A stretch of 64,000 nt of DNA. Origin: Candidatus Peregrinibacteria bacterium. Its GTDB lineage: Bacteria; Patescibacteriota; Gracilibacteria; Peribacterales; Peribacteraceae. The stretch is taken from NCBI GenBank assembly GCA_043814035.1, contig JBDRKJ010000012.1:4028-68027 (forward strand). Direction: 5' to 3'. Shown piece by piece: positions 8,446 through 17,265 of the stretch. The first letter of the stretch is position 1, and every line of letters begins with the position of its first letter. A program made the translations under genes and the position numbers. Under the pieces are notes generated by a model, which was not told where the DNA came from, did not search any database, and saw only the letters and a program-made list of their open reading frames with translations.

Positions 8446-9567
8446 ATGCCCGGCATGGATGCACTCACCTTCTCTCTTGGTTTCGCCATCGGTCTCATCG
8501 GCGGCGGTGCCTTTGCTACGTTCTTCCTGCACAAGTCCTCCAAAGATGCCGAGTCCGTTGCCGAAACATTGTCGGCCAAGATGATGGCACGACAGACCGA
8601 ACAGATCTTGCAGCTCGCCGAGAGCAAACTCTCGGGCAAGAAAGATGTCATCGATATATCACTCAAGGCGGTACAGAAGGATCTCGACCGCGTCGAAACG
8701 CTATTACGCGAGATTGGAGGCAGCCACACAAAGATGGATACTCGCCTCGAGAATGCCGCAAAAGTAATCAAGGAACTGACCGAAACAACCGGAGGTCTCA
8801 AAACTGCACTGGCCGGTAACTCCGAACGCGGACAGTGGGGGGAACGTATGGCGGAGGACGTTCTCAGGCTGTCAGGACTGATCGAAGGAATCAACTACAT
8901 CAAGCAAATCAAGCTCGGATCAGCAGGATCCAAGCCGGATTTCACCTTCTTGCTCCCCAAGAACATGAAGTTGAACATGGATGTGAAGTTCCCCTTCAAT
9001 AATTACAAGCTCTACGCCGAGGCGAAGACCGAACGCGAGCGCGAGGAGCACAAGAAGGCTTTTCTCAAAGACGTGAAGAACCGCATCAAAGAGGTGCAAA
9101 CGCGCGACTATATCAATCCTGAAGACAGCACTGCCGATTACGTTCTCCTCTTCATCCCCAATGAACAGATCTACACCTTCATCAACGAAATTGATCGCTC
9201 GCTCATTGATGACGCCCTGAAAGCCAAGACCATTCTCTGTTCGCCAATGACGTTGTACGCCGTTCTCGCAGTGATTCGTCAATCCATCGATAATTTCAGC
9301 GTCGAGGGAAAATCGCAGGAGATGCTCACGGTCTTCGGCGCATTCCGTCAGCAGTGGGAGAAATTCAAAGATCAGATGGCCACCGTACAGAGCAGGTTCG
9401 AAACCGTGCACAAGGGGTTTGAGGAACTCACAAGCACCCGTGAACGCCAATTAGACCGTCAGCTCACCAAAATCGAAGAACTCCGTCTCGAACGGGGCGT
9501 GGATGTACCGGAGATCGAAGAGGCCTTCGAGACAGCAACAAAGAAGCGTGTAGCAAAGACGGCATGA
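8446..9567 (+). CDS. rmuC: DNA recombination protein RmuC
   Basis: N-terminal TM helix, long coiled coil, and a C-terminal RmuC nuclease-like region (KPDFTFLLPKN..MDVKFP...VLLFIPNEQIY). The start may be 8419 (GTG), 8446 or 8455. Confidence 0.88.
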   Translation: MPGMDALTFSLGFAIGLIGGGAFATFFLHKSSKDAESVAETLSAKMMARQTEQILQLAESKLSGKKDVIDISLKAVQKDLDRVETLLREIGGSHTKMDTRLENAAKVIKELTETTGGLKTALAGNSERGQWGERMAEDVLRLSGLIEGINYIKQIKLGSAGSKPDFTFLLPKNMKLNMDVKFPFNNYKLYAEAKTEREREEHKKAFLKDVKNRIKEVQTRDYINPEDSTADYVLLFIPNEQIYTFINEIDRSLIDDALKAKTILCSPMTLYAVLAVIRQSIDNFSVEGKSQEMLTVFGAFRQQWEKFKDQMATVQSRFETVHKGFEELTSTRERQLDRQLTKIEELRLERGVDVPEIEEAFETATKKRVAKTA

Positions 9568-9583
9568 AAGTGGGAAAGGATAC

Positions 9584-9611
9584 TTGACATTTCACATACA
9601 CGTTCTAATTT
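9584..9611 (+). promoter_or_regulatory. near-consensus promoter positioned for a leaderless transcript
   Basis: TTGACA (9584-9589), 16-nt spacer, TAATTT (9606-9611). The ATG at 9618 lies 7 nt after the -10 element. Confidence 0.5.
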
Positions 9612-9617
9612 GTATTC

Positions 9618-9950
9618 ATGAGCGCAGAACGTTTTCTCATCTCTGGGGACACAGGCAGAAAAGTGCACCGCAAAGAAGGATGTCCATGGCCCGAAGGGTA
9701 TGTTGCATTTGGCGAACGAACTGGACCGGATCAGATCTTCGTTGAAGTCCTCGCCCCTCCTCCAGCAGAGAGAGTAAAGCAAATTCACGAAACGATGCGT
9801 CGCGGTGGTGGAATGGTTCTCCTTGGTAAGATGGCTTTGGCAAGAGAGTATAAAGTTGCAGCTGGTGGTGCTGTTTCGGCTGATCAACCGATCTACACAG
9901 AAATTGCTCAATCCGAACATGGTCAGGAAAGTGACAAAGGGATGGCATAG
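9618..9950 (+). CDS. hypothetical protein (110 aa)
   Basis: ORF with a consensus -35 and plausible -10 directly upstream. No recognisable motif. Confidence 0.5.
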   Translation: MSAERFLISGDTGRKVHRKEGCPWPEGYVAFGERTGPDQIFVEVLAPPPAERVKQIHETMRRGGGMVLLGKMALAREYKVAAGGAVSADQPIYTEIAQSEHGQESDKGMA

Positions 9951-10017
9951 TAATCAGAACTAGGATGAAAGAAAGAATTATCGAGGCAGATACACGTCCC
10001 TCTGATACGATGCATCA

Positions 10018-12306
10018 GTGAAGGCAGCCAACACCTCATCGCGCGCAGAAAAAAAGTCTAAGCTGATCTTAGAGTCCCTCAATAAACCGCAACGCGAAGC
10101 CGTGGAACATACTAAAGGGCCGCTCCTTATTCTAGCGGGAGCCGGCAGCGGCAAGACCAAGGCACTCACTCATCGCATCGCGAACTTGATAGCGCATGGC
10201 GTGCCACCGTGGCAGATTCTCGCAGTCACGTTCACCAACAAAGCGGCGAAGGAGATGCGATCACGCATTGAGAATTTATTGCACTTAACCGAGGGTGAAG
10301 ATCCCGCTGCGTGGGGATCGAAGAGCGCCAAGCTCCCCGTGATGGGGACATTTCACAGTATCTGTGCACGGATCTTACGAAAAGACATCGAGAAGCTGGG
10401 GCGTGATCGCTCGTTCGTGATCTATGATAAAGATGATCAGCAACGACTCATGAAACAGGTACTTCGCGAGATGAAGGTGGAAGAAGAGGAACTCAAGCAC
10501 CGTGCCGCGCTCTCGTACGTCGGACGATTTAAGTGCGAGGCACTGAGTCCGGCAGAAGCCATGAAGGACGCAACGTCTCCGCGCATGGAAACGATCTGTC
10601 GCGCCTTTGCGGCGTATGAGAAAGCCCTGCGCACAGCCAATGCGCTCGATTTTGACGATCTCATGCTCGAAGTGGTGCGACTCTTTCATGAAGTACCTGC
10701 CGTGCTCGATCGCTATCAAGAAACATGGCGGTACCTCAACGTGGATGAGTATCAGGATACGAACCACGCGCAGTACCTCTTCACCACACTTCTCGCGCAG
10801 AAGTACCGCAATTTGTGCGTGATTGGCGATCCCGATCAATCCATTTACGCCTTCCGCGGGGCAGACATCCGCAATATTCTAGAATTCCAGCGAGAGTACA
10901 AAGACGCGACCGAGATCAAGCTGGAGCAGAACTACCGCTCCACACAATTGATCCTCTCGGCCGCCGATGCCGTGATTGCCGCAAATCCCAGCCGACCGAA
11001 GAAGAAGATGTGGTCCGATCGCAAAGAGGGACCGCAGATCCTCGTGCACGAGGTGGAAGATGAGCATAAAGAGGCAGAAGAGGCGCTCAAACGCATTACT
11101 CAGATCAAAGAGGAGGGCGTGCCGCTCAATAAACAGGTAATCCTCTACCGCACCAACGCACAATCACGCCTGTTCGAAGAGGCATGCATGCGACTAGGGA
11201 TCCCCTACCGCATTGTGGGCGGTGTGAAGTTTTACGCACGCAGAGAAGTAAAGGATGTACTCGCGTATCTGCACGTAATTCTCAACCCTGCAGATCTCGT
11301 ATCGCTGCTACGTATCATCAATATACCCCCACGCAAGATCGGTGAGACAACACTGCAACGTATTCGCGACTGGAGCGGCCAGAACGGCGCATCGCTCTGG
11401 TCATCTCTGGCGCGTGTAGAAGAAATTACAGCGCTCAACGAAGGAACTAAAAACCGTATCAAAGAATTTATGAAGATCGTCACGGAGCTGCAGGAGGATG
11501 CGAAGCGCCTCGCTGTGGCAGACCTCACGGTGCGGCTATTACAACGTATCGGTATGGAGAAGTGGCTCAAGGATGGAACCGACGAAGGTGAAGACCGCTG
11601 GCAGAACGTAGAGGAACTCCTCTCGGTGATGCACAAGTACAATCATTTGGAACCGCAACTCTCCCTTACGAGTTTTTTGGAGGAAGTGGCGCTCGTCTCG
11701 GAAGTAGATCGCCTAGCGGAGCTCAAAGATGACGCTATTACCCTCATGACCGTGCACCTGTGCAAAGGGCTCGAGTTCGAACACGTGACGGTCGTCGGCT
11801 GCGAGGAGGGAATCTTCCCACACGCAAGCAGCGTCTACGACCGCGAGCAACTCGAAGAAGAACGTCGCCTCATGTACGTGGCGATGACACGCGCCAAGAC
11901 ACACTTGACCCTCTTCTTCACACGCTCACGCATGCTGTGGGGCGAGACCAAGGCCAACGCTGCAAGCCGGTTTCTCGATGATCTTCCCGATAATGTGATC
12001 GAGCGACGCAGTGATTCGATCTTGAGCAGCTTCGCGTGGGCGGCGCAACGCGGGCAGGAAGAGGTGCTCACTGGAGGAACCATAGAGCCCTTCAATCAAG
12101 ATAAGAAACTGCGTGTCGAGTTCAACCAGGACGTCGTGTTCGATGACAGTACCCAGGAAACACTGGCCGAGGGCACGCGCGTGGAGCACCCCAAATTCGG
12201 CAAGGGAACCGTATCGGGCGTGCGTGGCGGGGTGGCGGATATCGCCTTCGACTCAGGGGAGCGCAAGAGCTTCGCGCTCTCGATTGCACCGCTGAAAATC
12301 CTCTGA
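10018..12306 (+). CDS. pcrA: ATP-dependent DNA helicase PcrA/UvrD
   Basis: SF1 helicase motifs: AGAGSGKT, TFTNKAAKEM, NVDEYQDTN, LEQNYRST, VMTVHLCKGLEFEHV and YVAMTRAK. GTG start. Confidence 0.95.
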   Translation: MKAANTSSRAEKKSKLILESLNKPQREAVEHTKGPLLILAGAGSGKTKALTHRIANLIAHGVPPWQILAVTFTNKAAKEMRSRIENLLHLTEGEDPAAWGSKSAKLPVMGTFHSICARILRKDIEKLGRDRSFVIYDKDDQQRLMKQVLREMKVEEEELKHRAALSYVGRFKCEALSPAEAMKDATSPRMETICRAFAAYEKALRTANALDFDDLMLEVVRLFHEVPAVLDRYQETWRYLNVDEYQDTNHAQYLFTTLLAQKYRNLCVIGDPDQSIYAFRGADIRNILEFQREYKDATEIKLEQNYRSTQLILSAADAVIAANPSRPKKKMWSDRKEGPQILVHEVEDEHKEAEEALKRITQIKEEGVPLNKQVILYRTNAQSRLFEEACMRLGIPYRIVGGVKFYARREVKDVLAYLHVILNPADLVSLLRIINIPPRKIGETTLQRIRDWSGQNGASLWSSLARVEEITALNEGTKNRIKEFMKIVTELQEDAKRLAVADLTVRLLQRIGMEKWLKDGTDEGEDRWQNVEELLSVMHKYNHLEPQLSLTSFLEEVALVSEVDRLAELKDDAITLMTVHLCKGLEFEHVTVVGCEEGIFPHASSVYDREQLEEERRLMYVAMTRAKTHLTLFFTRSRMLWGETKANAASRFLDDLPDNVIERRSDSILSSFAWAAQRGQEEVLTGGTIEPFNQDKKLRVEFNQDVVFDDSTQETLAEGTRVEHPKFGKGTVSGVRGGVADIAFDSGERKSFALSIAPLKIL

Positions 12307-12310
12307 TTTT

Positions 12311-12378
12311 GTCACACTGAGCTCTGTCGAAGTGCGACAAATCTATCAGTGTCATGGTTCGACAAAGCTCACCATGAC
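12311..12378. repeat. Y-family palindromic element between convergent genes
   Basis: gtcacactgagctctgtcgaagtgcgac (12311-12338) and gtcatggttcgacaaagctcaccatgac (12351-12378). The cores pair at 13 of 14 positions, and both arms differ from the 2154 copy. Confidence 0.8.
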
Positions 12379-12399
12379 ACCTTCAGAAGTTCTCAATAC

Positions 12400-14061
12400 C
12401 TAGAAACGGTAGTACGTCCCCTGCAGCTGTGCGCCATCGAATGGCACCCATGAGAAGCTGGTCGTGCCATCGGTCCACGTGAGCGCACCGGCGGAATTTA
12501 CGGATCCCGCAGGCGTCAGCGCAATCTGCAACCCCGCGCTTTGTGACGAGCCGGGGACGGTGACATCGCCACGCAGCGTGAGAATGCGAGTACCACTCGA
12601 AACGGTGCCAATGCCTTCGGGAATGGAGGCACACGTGATGGTATCGCCGGCAACGGAACAATCCGCACGCTCCGTCGTGCCATCGGCACCCAACGCAACA
12701 TTCGAGAGAATGACTCCACCACTCACGCCAAGCGAGAAATCGATATCCGTCACTCTCAGGTCCGCACTGCCATCCCCTCGCACACCTTCAAGCCTCCACT
12801 GCCCGAGTGTGCGACCAATGCCGCTCACCAATGCATCTTCGCTGGGACCAGAATTGGCAATAGACGTAAACGTGGAGCGCGCCGTCTCGAAGGTCTGGTA
12901 CGTTTCGGTGGTGGACTGACTATAGCGCCGGTTGCTCCAACCGCCACGACCTTCGATGAAGAAGTGATCGATCGCAATATCTTCACCACTCGCGCCACCT
13001 TGATCAAAAGTACGGGAGATTGCCCGCGCGTACACCGAAGCCTCTTCGCGTCGTGCTACTGAGAGAAGCCCAGGCGAAGAGTGCAGCGTAAATGAGGAGG
13101 GATCACTTGAATCACGTGACGCACCACCGAGGTAGCGACCGTCGGCCGTTGCGTACAAGCGCACCTGATCGATGGTTGGCACTGTACCCGTGAACACCAC
13201 AGTGACATCTTCTACGATGAAGGGCTCGGAATTATTGAAAATTTTTGCCGCACCGAGAATGGGTGACACCGTGCCCAACCGCAGGAACGATGGTAATTGT
13301 GAGAAATCCGGTCCGGGATCGTAAGCGACGGAGGAAGAAGATGCCGAGGAAACTGAAGAGAACGAAGAGGCAGAGGACATCGAGGAAGCGGAAGAAATCG
13401 ATGAGACCGAGGAAGCGGAAGATGACGTTCTGCCTTCCTGCGCAGCACGCAGTTCTACAAGCTCACCGCGATTCCACGCGAGAAACGATGCCGTCAGTTG
13501 CGCCACTTCTCCACGCGTGAGCATGTGCGCAGGATCAACACCCGGCAGCGCGATGCCCTGTGCGGTCGCTCCTACCAGAATCGGCTCATACCACACTGCA
13601 CCGATGGGCTGAATGGTCACAATGCCAAAATTTCTCATAAGGATCTTCAACGCTTCGACGTAATTCACGGTGCGATCGGGATGGAACTTCCAGAGCAAGG
13701 GATCTTTGCCCGCTTCGGCGTCTCCCGAGACGATACCGTCGCGCTTGGCAGCACACACGAACGGTGCATACCACGCAGCGGGGTCAATGTCAGGGAAACA
13801 AGCGGTATCAACCGTCGGAATGACTTCTTTCGTGCCCGCACGCTGAGCGATCTTTAGAAACTCTGCGCGATTCACTGGTTGACCGGGACGAAAGGTACCA
13901 TCGGGATACCCCTGTAGTACGCCCTCTTCCGTCAGAAAACTCACGGCAACGGCTGTCACACGATCGCCGGGCGCATCGCTGTAGGGCAGGTGCCCCGTGT
14001 CGTAGGCAGCGAGTGCAACGAGTGGGAACAAGCCGATGATGAGAGTGATTGTTTTACGCAT
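12400..14061 (-). CDS. secreted SLH-domain envelope protein with Ser-rich linker
   Basis: Signal peptide MRKTITLIIGLFPLVALAA. SLH-type repeats (GYPDGTFRPGQPVNRAEFLKI and related). A poly-Ser linker leads to a beta-rich C-terminal region. Confidence 0.82.
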   Translation of the reverse strand: MRKTITLIIGLFPLVALAAYDTGHLPYSDAPGDRVTAVAVSFLTEEGVLQGYPDGTFRPGQPVNRAEFLKIAQRAGTKEVIPTVDTACFPDIDPAAWYAPFVCAAKRDGIVSGDAEAGKDPLLWKFHPDRTVNYVEALKILMRNFGIVTIQPIGAVWYEPILVGATAQGIALPGVDPAHMLTRGEVAQLTASFLAWNRGELVELRAAQEGRTSSSASSVSSISSASSMSSASSFSSVSSASSSSVAYDPGPDFSQLPSFLRLGTVSPILGAAKIFNNSEPFIVEDVTVVFTGTVPTIDQVRLYATADGRYLGGASRDSSDPSSFTLHSSPGLLSVARREEASVYARAISRTFDQGGASGEDIAIDHFFIEGRGGWSNRRYSQSTTETYQTFETARSTFTSIANSGPSEDALVSGIGRTLGQWRLEGVRGDGSADLRVTDIDFSLGVSGGVILSNVALGADGTTERADCSVAGDTITCASIPEGIGTVSSGTRILTLRGDVTVPGSSQSAGLQIALTPAGSVNSAGALTWTDGTTSFSWVPFDGAQLQGTYYRF

Positions 14062-14104
14062 GAGCGTCCATTGTACAGGAATTCTGCTCTATAAAACGCC
14101 AGTA

Positions 14105-14902
14105 CTACGCATAGACGGCAGCATGGTATCGCGTACCAACGGGCTCGTTGTCGATGAGTACACGAGGAATAACATCAGGCTCATCCGCGGCTGCAATAAC
14201 GGACTCGATACCGAAACGAGCAAGGTTTGCAGCAACACGATCTTTACTTCTCATGCCACCCGTTCCATTGCGCGAAGAAGAGTCGTGCAAAAACTGTCGA
14301 TGCTCAGTTGAGCCAAAGGGAATCTCACGAATAAGGCTCTCTGCGTCATCTAAATCCTCCAGAATACCAGGGACACTCGTCAGAAAGAGTACGCGTTTCG
14401 CATGGATCAAGCGGGCAACATCTCCTGCTAAATAGTCGTTGTCAGATTTAAATTCTCTAACAGCAACAGTGTCATTCTCGTTGAAGATAGGGATGCCTGG
14501 TTTCTCTGATGCAAAAATCCGATGTAGTGTGCGATTCAGATTCCTGCGTCGCAAACGACTATCCATATCCGAATGCGTAACGAGAATCTGGTTCGCAATG
14601 CAACCGTGTTTCTGCAGGCTCTTGAGATACTCTGCAAAGAGCATCGGCTGTCCCGCAGACGCATACATCTGCAAAGTGGCAAGATCCTCATCTGGTTGTT
14701 TTGACATACCATAGAGATCGCGACCGGTCGTAGCTGCCCCCGAAGAGACGAGGCCGAGACGAGCAATCATCTTTCGTACAACGGCGAGCTGCAGAGCAAT
14801 CGACGCAACTGCCTGCGTATCGAGATGATCGTCAGAAGTGGTGAGACCATCGGAACCGACTTTTATGACTGCCGTGTCAATGACTTTTCGGCGATTATGC
14901 AT
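14105..14902 (-). CDS. proB: glutamate 5-kinase (amino-acid-kinase fold, no PUA domain)
   Basis: VIKVGSDGLT, VSSGA..GR, PIFNENDTVA, DNDYLAG and NGTGGMRSK align with ProB motifs. I chose the ATG at 14902 because the tracked N-terminal extension covers a terminator hairpin. Confidence 0.78.
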   Translation of the reverse strand: MHNRRKVIDTAVIKVGSDGLTTSDDHLDTQAVASIALQLAVVRKMIARLGLVSSGAATTGRDLYGMSKQPDEDLATLQMYASAGQPMLFAEYLKSLQKHGCIANQILVTHSDMDSRLRRRNLNRTLHRIFASEKPGIPIFNENDTVAVREFKSDNDYLAGDVARLIHAKRVLFLTSVPGILEDLDDAESLIREIPFGSTEHRQFLHDSSSRNGTGGMRSKDRVAANLARFGIESVIAAADEPDVIPRVLIDNEPVGTRYHAAVYA

Positions 14903-15110
14903 GGGAGAGAAATGGAAATGGAATACAAAAAATCCGGGCTTCAACCCGGAATTAGCTTGGGAGCAGGTGCCCCCGCAAACTTTAAAAGTTTACACAGGCA
15001 GCACCTCCCCCGCTCGCGGCGGAGTAATGATGTTGCCCGACAGAGTCACAGAGAGTGACATCACGTGCGCATCCTACGGATGGACATAGAGGGCGTCAAT
15101 GAAAAAAGGC

Positions 15111-15746
15111 CTACAGATCGTCCCGCAGGCTCATATCAATACGAACCGGGTGACCCTTTTTGCCGCACAATTCCTCGATGCGGCGAAGGGTGATGGCCTG
15201 TGTGCCATCCACCTGCCTGCGAATGCAATCACAAGCACTGAGGGCATTGTTGCCGAGGCACATGCCCAATTCGGGCAGAAGGCCGTTGAGCCCGCCTTTG
15301 GAGCAATCGCGTATATGTTGCAACGCTGCCAGAAGAGAAATCGCTTCTGGTGCATCCTGAGACTCAGAAGCAATCCGGGACGGGGACAATGTGTTGGTAG
15401 GCATGACAGAGGGGGGAAGATCGCGATGCCGGAGAGCGACAATCGCATGGATCATCTGGCAGATGATGGCTCTGCGCTCTTCAAGATCGTTGATTGCGAG
15501 TAGCGCGTTCACCATGCTGCGTGCGTTCTGCGCGTCGTTCTGTAATCGAAGAAGGGAGGCAATGTTTGGCGAGACAGTGAGATGGTGGCGTTTACATCCC
15601 TGCTCTAATTCTCGTGCCGCACTCCAGAGGAAGCATGCGTCGGCTACGGAGTACTGCCCGAGCCGGTCGACAGGCAGGTCTTTTTCGGTTGCAGACACAC
15701 AAGATTCGGATATGTCGGGCGGATGAGAGAGGACAGCGATACTCAT
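15111..15746 (-). CDS. hypothetical protein (211 aa)
   Basis: ATG at 15746 directly after the leader terminator. No recognisable motif. Confidence 0.5.
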   Translation of the reverse strand: MSIAVLSHPPDISESCVSATEKDLPVDRLGQYSVADACFLWSAARELEQGCKRHHLTVSPNIASLLRLQNDAQNARSMVNALLAINDLEERRAIICQMIHAIVALRHRDLPPSVMPTNTLSPSRIASESQDAPEAISLLAALQHIRDCSKGGLNGLLPELGMCLGNNALSACDCIRRQVDGTQAITLRRIEELCGKKGHPVRIDMSLRDDL

Positions 15747-15765
15747 GGGTGAATGGAAAATCAAA

Positions 15766-15906
15766 GTAAAAAAACGCCTTCCATTGGGGGAAGGCTCGAA
15801 TGCATCTGAATGTCCACGAAGATTACTTCAGATCATACGGCTCCTTCCCCGCAAGATAGGGGGTAAAGAAGAAGCCGTAGAAGTAAGATTGGCGATGCGC
15901 CATGTG
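15766..15906 (-). promoter_or_regulatory. structured 5' leader L1 (candidate attenuator or riboswitch) ending in an intrinsic terminator
   Basis: Minus strand has stems acggcttc/ggagccgt, cccc/gggg and atctgaa/ttcagat. The terminator is gccttcc-cccaat-ggaaggc plus U7 (15768-15795), 21 nt before the ATG. It is paralogous to L2. Confidence 0.55.
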
Positions 15907-15938
15907 ACGGATGGAGTGTAAAAGAACCGGCATCACTG

Positions 15939-16253
15939 TCAATGCACCTTTCCATTGCCGTTGCCATTGGCTGATCCGTTCTGCAGATACCCCCAAAGCT
16001 TGCGATTTACATCGGTGGAGACATGGTAGATACCTCCCAATCCCTGGGAAACCCGCGAAGCAATCGCCTTGCGGGCAGAGGGGCTGCGGCCGAGAACGGC
16101 GATCATCGCCGAGCGGAAATCAGGGAGCTCCTGCTTGCCGATGGTGAGCTTGTTACCCGCAAAATAGAGTTCCCCGAGTGCCTCCGACAAATCCACGGAA
16201 CAGCGATGAGACGGGGAAGGCTGAGATTCATGATCGGTAGAGAGAGAATCCAT
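15939..16253 (-). CDS. hypothetical protein (104 aa)
   Basis: I chose the ATG at 16253 (MDSLSTD...). The tracked upstream 27 codons overlap the leader terminator. Confidence 0.45.
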   Translation of the reverse strand: MDSLSTDHESQPSPSHRCSVDLSEALGELYFAGNKLTIGKQELPDFRSAMIAVLGRSPSARKAIASRVSQGLGGIYHVSTDVNRKLWGYLQNGSANGNGNGKVH

Positions 16254-16261
16254 CGAAAAAT

Positions 16262-16402
16262 AGAGGAATAGAGAAAAAACCTCTCCACCACTTGGGGAAG
16301 GCTCCGAACGTCTGAGTAAATTTAATTCAGACACATCGGCTCCTGCCCCGCACTAAACGGGAAGGTATAGAAGCCGAAGGCAAACGTCTGAATAGACATG
16401 TG
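16262..16402 (-). promoter_or_regulatory. structured 5' leader L2 (paralog of L1) ending in a hairpin plus U-run
   Basis: Minus strand has stems tcggcttc/ggagccga, cccg/cggg and gtctga/tcagac. A bulged hairpin plus tttttt (16274-16301) follows, 20 nt before the ATG. Confidence 0.5.
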
Positions 16403-16449
16403 CAGTCACACTTTACTTCGAATAGTGATGCTGTCAATGTCAGCCTCGT

Positions 16450-17265
16450 ATGGTTTCACTTCCTGATGAGATTCGGCAATTCTGCTCGATGCATGGCCTG
16501 AAACTCAATACGAACATCGGACAGCATTTCCTTTTGGATTCTTCTATTCTGGACCGTATTGTCGAGAGTGCAGATATCCTCAAGACCGACACCATCGTGG
16601 AAGTCGGACCGGGTATCGGCGTACTCACCCGAAAACTCCTTGAGCGCGCGGGATCTGTCATCGCTATCGAGCTGGATGAGCGCATGATTCCGCTGCTCAC
16701 GGCATTCATCCACGATGATCCAAAATTGACAATCACTCACGGAAACGCCCTGCATGTCTACATGCCCGAAGCACCTTACAAAGTCGTCGCCAATATCCCC
16801 TACCACATTACTTCCCCACTTCTGCGACACCTCTTTCTCGAATCAAAACGCACGCCCACGACTCTTACCCTCCTCATGCAACGGGAAGTCGCCGAGAAAA
16901 TCTGTGACGCAGAAGATGCCGGCATGCTCACAATTCTCGTTGGACTCTTTGGAACCCCAAAGATCATTGCGCGCGTGCCACCGGAGGCGTTTCTCCCCCC
17001 GCCCAAGGTAGACTCGGCAGTCCTGCACATCGCATGCTTTCCAGAGGCGCTCACAGATCGCGAAACCATAGAACAGCTCTTCACATTAACCAAAATCGCA
17101 TTCGGGCAGAAACGTAAAATGCTCCGCAATACCTTGGGGGCGTTCCATGGGGGAATGGAACGCCTTGCAGCGCTTGGCATAGCGCCAACACGCCGCCCAC
17201 AGACACTTTCGGTACAGGAATGGATCGCACTCGCACGCGCATGGCCGGATGATCGTGGTGCATGA
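16450..17265 (+). CDS. rsmA: 16S rRNA (adenine1518/1519-N6)-dimethyltransferase
   Basis: GQHFLLD, VEVGPGIGVLTRKL and ANIPYHITSPLL are KsgA/RsmA motifs. Confidence 0.93.
   Translation: MVSLPDEIRQFCSMHGLKLNTNIGQHFLLDSSILDRIVESADILKTDTIVEVGPGIGVLTRKLLERAGSVIAIELDERMIPLLTAFIHDDPKLTITHGNALHVYMPEAPYKVVANIPYHITSPLLRHLFLESKRTPTTLTLLMQREVAEKICDAEDAGMLTILVGLFGTPKIIARVPPEAFLPPPKVDSAVLHIACFPEALTDRETIEQLFTLTKIAFGQKRKMLRNTLGAFHGGMERLAALGIAPTRRPQTLSVQEWIALARAWPDDRGA

Noticed and set aside
13290-13430. Short tandem periodicity (gaggaagcggaaga...) that could be mistaken for a repeat array
   Set aside because: It is the coding sequence of the poly-Ser linker (SSSASSVSSISSASSMSSASSFSSVSSASSSS) of the SLH protein. 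The Pro/Ala-rich (39330-39480) and Pro/Gly/Thr-rich (34790-35010) tracts are likewise coding low complexity. No CRISPR-like repeat-spacer structure exists anywhere in the window.
14903-14944. N-terminal extension of proB in the ORF track (MKPGFFVFHFHFSP...), and similar extensions at 15747..15764, 16254..16334, 22321..22467, 25143..25217, 28471..28548, 29284..29388, 29848..29913 and 58207..58377
   Set aside because: These extensions run through terminator hairpins, leaders or repeat elements, or begin at TTG/GTG codons upstream of a better-placed ATG that matches the family N-terminus. I trimmed the starts accordingly.
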